From contig CM022666.1 of NCBI GenBank assembly GCA_012295275.1, positions 9,052,001 to 9,116,000 of the forward strand: a stretch of 64,000 bases of DNA, written 5' to 3'. Below the pieces are notes generated by a model. The model was not told the DNA's origin and ran no database searches. It saw only the letters and a list, made by a program, of their open reading frames with translations. Shown piece by piece: positions 26,538 to 40,436 of the stretch. How positions within the stretch are numbered: the first letter of the stretch is position 1; the number at the start of each line of letters is the position of its first letter. The DNA comes from Chrysomallon squamiferum (lineage: Eukaryota > Animalia > Mollusca). The position numbers and the translations under genes are program-made.

Positions 26538-29509
26538 TTACATACACAGACATATATACATACATATAAAATAGTCTCCTCCTTAAGTATCAGACATAAA
26601 AGATTTTGACAAACTGTATCATAACAAGATTCATAATTCATGTATTCATTTTAATGATTCATACATTCAAATATATATGCATATATATAAATATATAAAC
26701 AGTTCTAAGAAAAAAGTGTTACCTAGTATATGAGATAAACATTTTTTTGTCTTACATAACATATGATAAGATTCACAATTTGTAAATTTTCTGATTTTTT
26801 ATATACAACAGTATAAACTAATTTTAAAAAAGAACATCCAAATAGTCACTTGATGTACCAGAAATAAATATTTTGTATCAAACTAGTAATATAGAGTATG
26901 GTCCATAATTAACTGAACAGTGAATTCACCAGAATATCACAGCTTGAAGTGGCCCAGTCATGATCAATGATGAGTAAATCAACCAGTTATGACAACTTAC
27001 TAATTTTATAGCTTAAAACATAGCACTTGGAAAATATTACAGTTCCTTTTAATGACTGATAAATGTTATGTTTTGGTTCATACTCATTATAAAATCAGAT
27101 ATCAATAACTGACAGCTAATTATGGATTACCCTGTTTGGTATCTGTGACATTTTAAATAATTTGATACAATGTAACAGTTTTAAAAAATAAAAATAAAAA
27201 AAGATTTTTTGAAATAACTGCCTGGCATACCAATATCTGTCTTATGAAAAAGTCAGTAGTGCAGAAAAATGGTATCCTGAATTTGCTAGTGAAACTTTTT
27301 CATTACAGAAATTTTGAGCTGCTAAATCAAGCTAATTCAAAAAGAAAATATAAGCCTGAGACAATATGAGTATTCCCCAAAATTAATAGTAAAGATGTTT
27401 GTTTAATGTTTAAATTGATGCATCATTCAAGATGTTAAATTTATTTATTATTTGTTATGCAACTCAATTAACAGAAACGATCTTACACTGAAAATGAACA
27501 GGTCACATATCTTAAAAGACAGAATTTATTTGGTAGGAAGAGAAACCCTTGAAGAAATTAATTAAAAGTAATATAAAATAGTTTGATAATTTTGTGCATT
27601 TTGTTTAACAAATAATACATATTAATGTTGGAATAATGAATGAAAAATTTGAACAAGATTAATAATACAACACATTAACAAAACAAAAATCTGTTTGCCA
27701 TTGTCTTAAACAACAAAACAATCTGGTAATAATTTTTTTATATATATATAAAATTGGACAACAACAAAAAAGTAGTCCTAAACAGGGAGTAAAACATCTC
27801 AACAAGAAGCACATTTAACACTGGTTTTGAGTAAACAAAAACCACAGATCACAGTTGGGTTGTGTGTAAATGTTTACAATACGAACAACAAATTTTTTAT
27901 CTATTATAATTCACTTTATCACATAGTTAATAAACTGAGGAAAAAAAACAATAATGAAATTCAGCAGATATAAGCTGGTAAACTTTGGAGAATTTTTAAT
28001 ATTTTATAATATTAATATTTGAAAAAAAGATAAAAAGAAGAGTAAACATATTATATTACAATAATAATCCTAACTGAATGATAACTTTATCACAACAGTC
28101 ACCTTTAAAACATAAAACATTACCAATAATCATCTTTATGAAAATCATTTTTATCATCACAACTTCTGAAACAAAACAATCATTTTATTCATGAAAAGTT
28201 ACTCATGGCAAAATAATATGGCTATCTGGTCTGCCTGCGTTAAAATATTCAACAATAACTTCCACCACAGGCACCAGGCTAAGGCATTTCTTTTAAACTT
28301 GCCATAAGCATCACAAAACTTCATTATTATAGGCACTGTTTTAAAAATCCATTTCTTTTAAATGGCACAATCAAAATATATCCCAAAATTGGAACAATTT
28401 GAGAACACAATAAAGAATTGAAAGAGAAACACTCAGAAAAGCAAAAGTTATAGATGGCAAACAAGAGAATTACTGATAAAAAAAAGTAAAAACTATAACA
28501 TACATGTTTTAAATTGGAAAAACTACTTACATGTATTTATATTACTAAACAGATCATTGAGAAAATATTATAATGACTGTTGTTACAATTCAGACCAGAA
28601 TTAACGTGAGACTGCAGTTGGCCATTTCTGAGGCCCTTGGACTGATACTGTCTGGATATAAGATAAAATACTGAGTTAATAGATTCGTGATGATATTAGT
28701 GCCATTTTTGTGTAATAAAATAAAAATAAAATAAATATATATTTATATAAGAAAATAAGTGTTTTAAATAAATAATAAAACATATTGTTAAACCAAAATG
28801 AAAATATTCGATTAATAAATATTAATTCATAGTGAATTTTAATTCAAAACATTTATAAAAAAAATATTAACAATAATAATAATAATTCTGTTCTAAATGA
28901 AATTAATACTTATATTTAATTTTTTAACACAATAATTTATATATATAATTTAAAAAAATATAATATTAATCTATTAATATTCAAGAATAAAAATATATTA
29001 TTCCTTTGTTAAGTAAATATTCAGCAGTTGTGTAGGGTTTTGGCTTTATAATGTTTATCACAGACCTATGTAAGCATATATCCAGAATATTAAATAAATA
29101 AATAAATAAATGTATGTTAACTAACAAGAAATTAATGAAGATAATAAAAGATCACTTACACAATGATAATCAATAATCTAGACAAATCGCTCTTCAAGGC
29201 CTCCATATTAAAAAAAAATATAAAAAAATAAGTCAAGGCACAAAACACCCCTTTATAGCAACTATAGTGTTATAGAAACTCCCTAAATATCTGTATCTTC
29301 CAATCAGGTATTGAAGTCTCCTACTGTTAGACCCTTTGCTATTCATCAGTGGTCGAAAATTGCTTTGTAGACTAAATAACACTTGGAAATATAAAGGATA
29401 ACTTATACACCCAACAGATTTGGCAAGCTGTTGCTAGGTTACCAGCATCAGAACATTACAGAATAAAAAAAAAAGTTTTAAAAATCAAACAAAACATTCA
29501 TATTTAAAA

Positions 29510-29555
<46 letters not shown>

Positions 29556-30030
29556 CATATATCCTTTCATCAATATCAGATCATTCATAACAAATTCCTT
29601 ATTTTTTTGGAACAAAATAATTAACAGATAATTAAAATAAAAATACATACATACATGAGACAGTTTTAAATGCAAACATTTAACTCAACCAAAATATGCC
29701 CTTAAGACTGAAATTAAAGCAGCTGATTTAAATTATCTTAAAAATTGATCAACTGATATTTCAAACAAGTAATTGCAGTCAAAATCATTCTGTGAGCAAC
29801 AAATCATAAAAAAAATTAAAAAAAATATATCACTGTATGGGTGATATTTCTGCACTCAATATAACCATCTTTGCCACTGGCTCCAACAGACATGAAAGCA
29901 GAATACATTTCTGTTAAAATTATTAAGTGCTACCATACTTTGGATGATTCTTGTATATTATAATACATTCTTCTTGTTGTTATTTTTGTTGATAAAACTG
30001 ACTTGTCTTAAAAAGGATTTAGGAGACAAT

Positions 30031-30224
30031 TTAACTGACTTTTACTGTAGGCAGAACTAACTGTGGTTTTTCTTCTGATGATGACACTTTTCTCTCTTTT
30101 CTCTGTTTCTCACACCGCTGCATTTTTGCAGTCACATGCAATGGGGGAAGAATTTTGTCCAGTTTAGGAGATTTTGGAAATTTAAGAAGTGTTGACACTT
30201 TGTGCAAAACATTCCTGAAATAAA

Positions 30225-30256
<32 letters not shown>

Positions 30257-31745
30257 CAAACAAACAAACAAACAAACAAACAAACAAACAAACAAACAAA
30301 TAAATAAATAATTATGGATATATATTGAGAGCAAAACAGAAAACAAAAACATCTGAAACTGACATAACATACATACACTCATATAAAGATATATGCATAC
30401 ATACATATATACGGTTGACATGAACATAAAAATTACAGAACGTTATTATTCTGAGAAAGATTTAATTAAATGTGTAAAAATATATTTTGTTGTATGAAAG
30501 AAACAGTTCAAATATAAACATTTTATATATTTATCTTTCTCATATCAGATATTATTTCAGTGAAATGTTGTTGTTATTTTTAGCTGATATGTACACTAAA
30601 AAATAGATCATACAGAAAATATAAAAATAACTGTTATTATAACTGCAGAGTTGTAGCAGACATAGTGGTATCATAATTATGTTTATAGCTGCTATTGTTG
30701 TTGTGGTAAATTTTATTGTTGATGTAATTGTTGTTGCTAATGTAACTGTTGCTGCTGTAGTTGCAGTTGTTTATGCTGCAGCAGTAATGGTTTGCTATTC
30801 TTTTACTTACTCAACATAAGCAGCTTTCTCATTAAGATACAACATATTTTCATCAATTTCTTTACGAGGCAGATTTTCAGGAGCAACAAGCTGAAAGCAA
30901 TAAAAATAGTAATATTTTATATCAGTCTTTATTCACTGGTATACAACTAGCATGGTCCATGATGTATGTATGTATGTGTATGTTTGTGTGTTTGTGTGTG
31001 TTTGTGTGTGTGTGTGTGTGTGCAGACAGATAGATAGATCAAAAATATATAAGGATTTCAAAATAATATAAGGTGTTAATGGATAGAATTAAATGTCCCA
31101 CAGAATATAGATTTTGAAATAACTGATGTTAATGTTATTATTTTATTTTTTTAAATTAAAATATTCACACAATTAAATATACTGACATGGATATTATTGA
31201 TCAATCTTAGCAATATCTATCATTATGATTTAAATTTATTTCTTAATAATAATAATAACATATCTTGCTAATACAGCCAAACTGACCTTCAACTTTGACC
31301 CCACATTGAATCTGCAACTTCGTTTCCTAGCCAACATTGTCACGGTGATGTTGTCCTGACTCATAATCCTCACACCAATGTAGTGGTTCAAGCCAAAACA
31401 GATAGGCTGAAATGGTGGAGCATGCACATGCACCTCAGGGTCTCGCCATGTCCAGCTCTTCCTTCTAGCACCAGTAGGATACAGCTCCATACCTCCAAGT
31501 TGATCAAAATAAATTCTGTGAGAAAAAAATCAGCTATATTAAGTTGTCATTATTATATTTATATAATTCTGTGTTTGTCTGTAAGTTTAAAAGGGTGTAA
31601 ATATGTTTGGGTGCATGTGTTGATATACACACACAACACATCTGATATATATCTGTATATTAATGTGTGTGTATGTATGTGCATTAACAAGTTTGTTTGT
31701 CTGCCTGTATGTATATATATCTGTGTGTATATATACAGCTGTCTT

Positions 31746-31784
<39 letters not shown>

Positions 31785-33422
31785 ATGCATGCATGCATGT
31801 GTGTGTATATGTGTATGTGTGTATTAATAACAATATATTCAAAGAATTTTTAAAGTATACTGTTTGAAAAACAACGATTTGAATTTTTGGAGTAATACAT
31901 ATTTCTGTTATGAAGCTAAAAATTTTGTAAATATTTAGTTTAAAAAAAATCAAAGAAGAAAATTATCTTAAATGGAAAATAACTGATGAAAAGTAAATGC
32001 AGAAGAACCTGCATAGTTACAGAACAAAGCCAAGCAAAATAAAATTTTAAACTAAATATTACAAAAAGCTGTTTACTTACCGAACCACCCCATTGTCATG
32101 GAAACAAGATCCATATCCATTGGGTTCAAAAATAGCACACACTTTGTGATCGGGTGTGTCATCATGTAATATGTATGTGTACAAACCAAGTGACACACTT
32201 GTTATAGCTATAGCCAACTGACCTGATGGGTAGCTGAATAACAGGTTAAGAAAATACACACTATGAAAATAGTTTACTCATCTCCTGCATCACTTATTTC
32301 TTTCCAGTCATTCCTTGAGACTATGCAGAATTATAATTTACAATGGACAATGAGAGATAACAAAAAGTGCATACTAATTATCTTTATCAGTCTCTCAGGA
32401 ATTCCTTTTGCCCACAACATATTTCACAATTTGTTAAAAACACCTCTGACTACAGAGTAACAGCCCATGTTTTAATATTTTATAAAAGAAATAAGCAAAA
32501 ATATATTTTAAAATGATATAAGGAAATAACAATTAAAAAAAATAATAATAATAACAAAAACAACAACAATAACAGTAATAAAATTATTTGTAAAATAAAA
32601 TAAAATAAAATTAAAATAAAATAATTAAGAAATAAGTTCAGACAAAAATTAAAAAAATGACAATAAAAAGGATACAATACATTTCCAGAACCATCAGAGA
32701 AAATTGTGAGAAACTTTCTACCATTTTCATAATATTTCTGTATGAGAGGCCGGTCCACTAACTAAAAAAAAATAACAAATAAATAAATAATTACTGTTTT
32801 AATTTGAAGTATAAACAAACAATGAAAGAATCATATGTAAAGAAAGAAAGAAAGAAAAATAAAGACAGACAGATAGACATAAAGACATAGACAGACAGAC
32901 AGATAGATACACAGACATGCAGATACATAGATAAATCAATATAAACTGACATAAGATTCCCATTGACAATAAAGCCTTAGCCAAGACATTTGATAAAAAA
33001 AAAAAAAATTATTAATGGGAAATCACAAATCAATACAAATATCTGTGATTCCAGAAAGAAGAAAAAAGGCAACTTACTTTTCCAGATTCAATTAGAGGCT
33101 CAGGAATGAAAACTTCTAATACTTCCTCTTCTTTGAGAAGTGGACTAGGTGGACGCAGTGTCCACCCTTCGTCCAGGCAGCGTTGAGATGACAACTGATA
33201 GTTAATAGTTTTCATCTGACGTGTTACTGATAACAAAAAAGTAATTGTGAAATAGGTCATAAAAAATATTTTAAAAATGGAGAAAAATATCTACATGTTA
33301 TGTGTATGTTTACTGATGTATCTTCAGAATGGACTCAGAGAAATTAACAAATAAAATAAAATAAATAACAGATCAATCATAAAAGAACAAATATAAATTT
33401 ATATATATATGTATGTATGTGT

Positions 33423-33456
<34 letters not shown>

Positions 33457-36400
33457 CTTGTGTGCATATGTGTGTGACCTGTTTTAGTGTCTATATAAAG
33501 TAGGTACCATTAATGACATTTTTAATTACTTTGTCAGAAAACACTAATACGTTATTATTATTATACCATTTTAAACAGCACCTTTTCCATTAAGTTCAAG
33601 GGTGCTTTACTATGTTAACTAATAAATTTAAATATTAAAAGACATGAACATAAACATATTAAAATAAATGTAAAAATAATGGTGAACATGCTAAAATGAC
33701 AGTAAAAATAAGTACATCATATTTAAAAATATATAACCTTTAAACGCCTCATACAATAACTGAAAATGAAATTGTTTTCTAAAGTGAGCATCCAGAAGTC
33801 CAAATGGAATGTTTGAATTTGACAGTTTGCTTTGTCATATTCTATATTTTATTTAAACTTAATTTAGTAAACTTGTGCATAATATTATGCCTGTACATGT
33901 GTTTAGTATTTGTATAGAATAACTTATATATTAAAATTTGTATATGGTTGAATCATACAGTGCATGTGTTTGAGTTTTATGAATATTATTCATTTTAGGA
34001 AACTGGACTGACTCAAATAAAGAAAACCAAAATTAAATTTTAAAAAATATCAATAATGAGCAAACTAGTATGTATTCTACTAAAAACATTAAATTTAAAA
34101 TTTAAAATAAAAGAACAATGAAAAATTGAGATAAATAAATAAATAAATCGAATGATATATATGTAAAATGCATATTAATAACATATTAACAATCAAAATG
34201 CAGTTTGATACTGTAAAAAAATTCATGTATGATAATATAATACTGAAAAGGTTATATGTTAATTTGGTGCTGAATAAAACATGCATATACAAGATTGTGC
34301 AATCAGTTTATTATTATAATGGTATTGCATAGAAGAAGAATTTTCCTAAATGACCATTCTGCTTATGATTCACATTCAACATTCAAATTCAAGATCAGTT
34401 GTTAGGATTAAATTTTTAAATATAATTTTTAGACATAGAATGTCCATAAATATAATAATTTCTGAATTGTACTGCTGGTAAAAGATAATTTTCAGAAATA
34501 AAACCAATAATGCAAAATGTCAGATATAACTGATTCATACACTCTGTATTAAAACTAAAAATGAATGTAACTCATGTGTCATGTAATAGATGAAAAAATA
34601 ATATTCAGGAAGAAAAAAAACACTATGTTTATATTGTTCACACTTGATAAGTTGGTGCAAAATGATTATATAAGTAAAATTAATTTCGCACAAATTAAAC
34701 TGCAAATTTCACATAAACTGAAACATAATATTCTGTTATGTGAGTTCAGCATAAATAAAAACAATTTTCACATTAACAAACAACTCTGTAAAATTGTGTT
34801 CACAATGGATTTAAGTTAAGTTACTTCTGCAAACAATATAAACATTAATATTCACACTCTTAATACAATAATGTGTGCTCTATGTAATATAAATATTTAT
34901 AATAAAAATTAATATTCACACAGATAAACTGTAAGATACATGTTATATTGGTGCAGGCATGCAAAACCCAAAACCACTGAGATGTTACAAAACTAAACAA
35001 ACCATCAATTGGCATTGGACCTCCTCGGAACTGGCCGGCTATTTAAAAAAATTAATTTTCAATTATAATTGTTTTTTACTCTGATATCCTTCCCTTATTA
35101 TAATTATTTTTAAGATTGTTTTTTTTTTTTTTTTTTTTTTTTTTTTGCAAATATAAAATAAATAAATAAAAATATTTTTTTTTAATGTGGATTTGTAAAA
35201 ATTATTATAATTTTTTTTTTTTTACAAAATACCGTAAAAAAATTGTTTTTTTTTTAAATTCACTAATAAAACTATATAGATAATAATTACTGATCATAAT
35301 ATATTAAATAAAATCAAACACATAAAGAAATAAACAATAAAATCAATTACAAAAACAGAATTGAAAATGTGAAATATTTAATTATTGATTTCAAATAAAG
35401 AAAGAAATATTAGTTCAATCAATGAGAATAAATATTGTTAATGATTACCGATTATAACAAATAAATGAACAAAATAATAATAATAATAAAATAATAATAT
35501 ATTAATAATAATAATAAAATTCAATCACAGAAGATATTAGATTATTACTGATTCAAAGAGAAAAAACATTGTTACTGAGTGGCGATTAGAGATGAATGAA
35601 AAAAAAAAGAAGAAAAGAAATATGTATGAAAAAACAACAAAACAATTTATAAGCGCATAAAAATATTTGTGTTTCAGTATGCAATGACATTTAAAAGCAA
35701 CTGTATTCTACGTACCAAAATTGGGAGGTTGTTGAACAGACTTTGGACCCAGAGCTGCCCTGCTAGGAGGGTGTGCCCCTCCCCCATGAGAGCCTGCACC
35801 AGCTGCTACAGTTACAAAGCAAAGCAGGTTGGAAAGTGAAAAACAGAAACAGAACCTCTACAGATAAACTAGACTAGCTAGAACTAAATTTGACCTTTCT
35901 GAAACTTTTTTTTTTTAATTTCCTTTTATTAAAATACAGGGCAGCGCTAAAGAGTGGTGTGCTTTGTTGCCTTACACTATCCTTAACATTGAGTAAAACA
36001 CAAAACTAAATGTGTATTAAAATTAACATGAGTGACCAAAGCTAGATGGAGGTGTGACATTAAATGAATGTGTGTGTATTTCTTTGAGATTATATTATTA
36101 GAAATAAATTTGTTATATTATTAATACAAACACTAATGAATAACATTTAATATCATGACTGAATTAATTTGATGTTTATGATATAAACAAGGTATTATTA
36201 AAATGATCTGATAATATGCTCATCATTATATTTAAATATAGTTGATTTACAGTGAAATTTTATATTCAGCTAACAAAACAAATATATATATATATTTCTA
36301 TTCTTTACTATTTCAAAAAGTTACAAATAATAACAAAAAGTTTATTTAAATGAATTCATTATTGATTTTACTAATTCAGCTTTTACTGAAAGGGAGAACA

Positions 36401-37919
36401 CAGTATACATTAAAAGGTTATTTGTTATTAGAATAATTCTACACTAATTAAAATTAGAGAGAATTTAATTAGTGTTCCTATTGATTTGTTTTTATTATAA
36501 TGATTAAATAGAAATATGACATTTATAAAGACGTAAAATACTAGCAGTGTACTAAATATAATAAATAAAATATAACAAAAAACAAAGTAAATGGTAAATG
36601 GTAAATACTCAAATTTAATAGTAAATAATTATTCAAATACTACTTTAAAAAGCTATGTGAATTTATTTCTACTGAAAGAATTGATAGAAAATGAATAAAA
36701 CGTACATGAAAATAAATTCTGTTGCATTCCTTGAGCTTCCTGCTGTCTTCTCTGAAGTTCTCTGTCACGCATTCTTTAAAATAAATAATAAAATAAATTG
36801 AAAATAAAATAAAAATAAACTGAAAAAAATAAAAAAAATAAAAATAAAAACAAAACAAAAAATAAAAAATAAAAATGAAATGAAATAAAAATGCTGTGCT
36901 AATTATAAATATACACTAATAACACATACATATGTTATGCATATTATATACATTTAAATAAATATACATACAGATTTATATATATATATATATAGACATA
37001 TACACACAAACACATACAGATGAATATATGTCTACAAACATCCAAACATACATACATTCATAATTTACATATCTGCTTAAATATGTATATGAATATATGG
37101 GTATCATAATGAATATTATTATTTGGTAAATGACAACAAAAACACAAAAACAAATAATAACAAAAATAATTATAATAAACAACAATATCAGTAACTATAC
37201 AAATAACAACAATAACAGTAACGAAATTAATAATAATAATAGTAATAAGTATTATTATTATTATTATATCAATAACAATAATTACAATAATAACAATACA
37301 AGTAATGTCAAAATTAACATTAACATTAAAAATAATAAAATGAATACAAACCTTTGAACAGCTCTTTCTTTGGCTGCCTTCCTATCTTTCTTAGTTCCAA
37401 AGTGAGCGTGTGGTTTTATACAGATTTGTTTCTGTTTATTTCTCAATTCCTCCTCGAGGTCTACTGCTGTTGTCGTAGCAAACTGAACAAAATCTCGATA
37501 TTCATCGCAGCAGTACAATTCATCTGGTGCCACTTCCTGCTGTCTTTCAAGTGTAGGGAAAGGTTTGATTTCCTGTCCACAGAACTCACATGTACCTCCG
37601 AACATGCCATAAGGGCGGCCAAATTCATCAGTAGGGAAATCAACTTGTTCAGCTTTATCCGATTCTCGTAGATACTAAATAAAAATAAAATTCAAACGTC
37701 AATCAATGGTTATATCAAATTCTGGCTCTTTTATAAATGTTAACATTCCTTATGTCATAAGCTTTATTTCAATACCATTGTGTTCAGTCGAATATTAGTA
37801 ATTATGGAAAATTCTCAAACTTTCTTGATTAGAACATGTTAACAAAAGGTTGGGTGTGTTGTGCTGAAGAAAAACAACTTGACACATTTACTGTATTATA
37901 ATTTAAAATATTTCAGTGC

Positions 37920-38008
<89 letters not shown>

Positions 38009-40379
38009 TGCACACGACAGGCTATCATTTCTTAATTATAAAAAATAAAAATAAATTATCTGCTTTCTACTATAAACAAAAAGCAGACTGAGGCAGTATC
38101 ATTAAAAGAAAATTAACAAAAAAGCTTAGAATTAAAAAATAAAAAACAATGCAGCTGAAAAATGCAAATGAACAGACAGATAAATATATATGTAGAGCCA
38201 CAATGAAAGATTCACAGACATGAACAGAAGTGTTATGAAAAATAAATTAGCCTATATAAAAGCAAGTAAACACATCAAAACATCAGTGTGGAAAACAGCC
38301 AGAAGCAGTTTGTACAGGTTACCATGGTTACCTGTAGAATCTGTGGAGGACCAATACTTGGGAGATAATTCTGGTCCTGGTGTTTCTTCCATGACTCTTC
38401 ATCAGAACTCTTCCATAATAAACAACAAGGTTCATAAACAACAACAACAACAGTAAAATCTATTCAACATGTCCATATACAGTTTGAATAGCAACAGATG
38501 TATCTACTATACCATATTAACAATATATTAATAACAACAACAATAGTAACCCAATAATAATAATAAAAATAATAATAATAAATAAAATAATAAATAAAAT
38601 AATAAATAGAGGAAAAGACAATACAAACAATAATAAAAATAACTCAACATTTCCCTACAAATCTCAATCAACAACAATTCACTTTTAGTGCCAATATGGT
38701 TAAGCCACTGATCTTCAGCTATGGATATGTTCTGGGATCAGATTAGCGTACCAGCAATAATACATAATTTAAAAATAAAAAGAATATGTTATTAGCATTA
38801 TTATTTTACTTTTTTTTATTATTATTATATATTTTTTTTAATTATGAATTTTAAAATAGAAATAATTATTGAAGAAAGAAATTACTTACATCAGAATCAG
38901 TACTGACATCCATGATAGGGATGCCATATTCATCACTATATGGGGTGTAGGGTGTGGTAATCACTTGTGGCTCCTCCTCTGGTTCTGTATCAACTTTCTC
39001 CTGAGGTTCTGCCACAATCTCTGTAATAATGATAATAATAATAATAGTACAAAAAAGAAGAATTAATATTAGGATTTTTTAAATAAGATTTTTAATAATT
39101 TTTATGCATAAAATACAATTTGTATATGCCAAAAAGTCTGAAAACAGTAAGATATTAGTATTTCTACTGGTCAGAAAAATTAGGGATCCTCAGCCTGTAT
39201 AACAATAACAACAAAGTAATACAAACAATAAAGAAAAATGGGACAAACACTGACGTGAAATTAATATTTGTCAATGTAACAGTACACACACACACACACA
39301 CACAAACAAACATACATGTAGGTATACTCATAAACAAGTATGTAAATAATACAAAATATGTAATAGATACATTCATACGTACATACAAATGCAGACACAT
39401 GTACACTCCCATGTAGTTACAAACATAAAAAAAACAATTTATAAAGAGAAATGATTAAACCTTCAGTTTCAGTTTTCTCTTCTTCATCCACTTTCTGAAG
39501 CCATTCCCAGTCTGTTTGTGTATCTATGGTAACAAGGATAACTTCTCGCCCATCATACGTTCGTATTTTTAAGCCACCTGGTTTACCCATTTCTGCTTTT
39601 CTGTCAATTTAAATATATTAATTTACAATATCTGATAATAAATTCAGTATGAACTAGGGAAGAAAACAAAAGTTAAGTAATATGATTAAACTAAAAATTG
39701 TCCTGAGTACCCACAAGTCATTATAGAATTATTATTTTACTACTTCCCTATATTTTATCCACTAGAAATGTAAATATTTAGCAAATAAAAATAAAAGACA
39801 TAATTTATTGCAATAGTTTGATCCCAGCATTTGGAATCTCCATGAATTTTTATCAGTTTAATTAACAAATCAAGTCTTACTGGTCAAAAGAAACTGCTCG
39901 TTTCATTAAGTGGCTGAAGTCATCTTCAAGTTCAGGTCGAAATCCACGAGCTATTTTTGGTCGAGCACATCCATCACCAGGTGTATCCAAGGTAACAGAC
40001 GAGGCTGAAATATACAATGTTTTAAAATAATATAAACAAAAACAAAAACAAAAACAAAAAAAAAAAAAAAAGAAAATCAAGGGAAAAAATAACAATTAAA
40101 TAATTTCATTGTATCAGCTTTCCATTAATTTGCAATGATTATGAAATCATTCCATAACTTTATCCATAATTCCATTGTATGAGCTTTCCATTAATTTGCA
40201 GTGATTATGAAATCATTCCATAATTTTATCTATAAAGTATTAAAAAATTACAATGTTCATTATTTTTTTATTATTATTATTATTTTTTTAATAGTTTTTG
40301 TTAATAGTTGAGCCCAAAAGAATATATCAAAGTTGTGGATATCCTCAATGTTCCATTGCTGACAACACAATATTATCAG

Positions 40380-40436
<57 letters not shown>

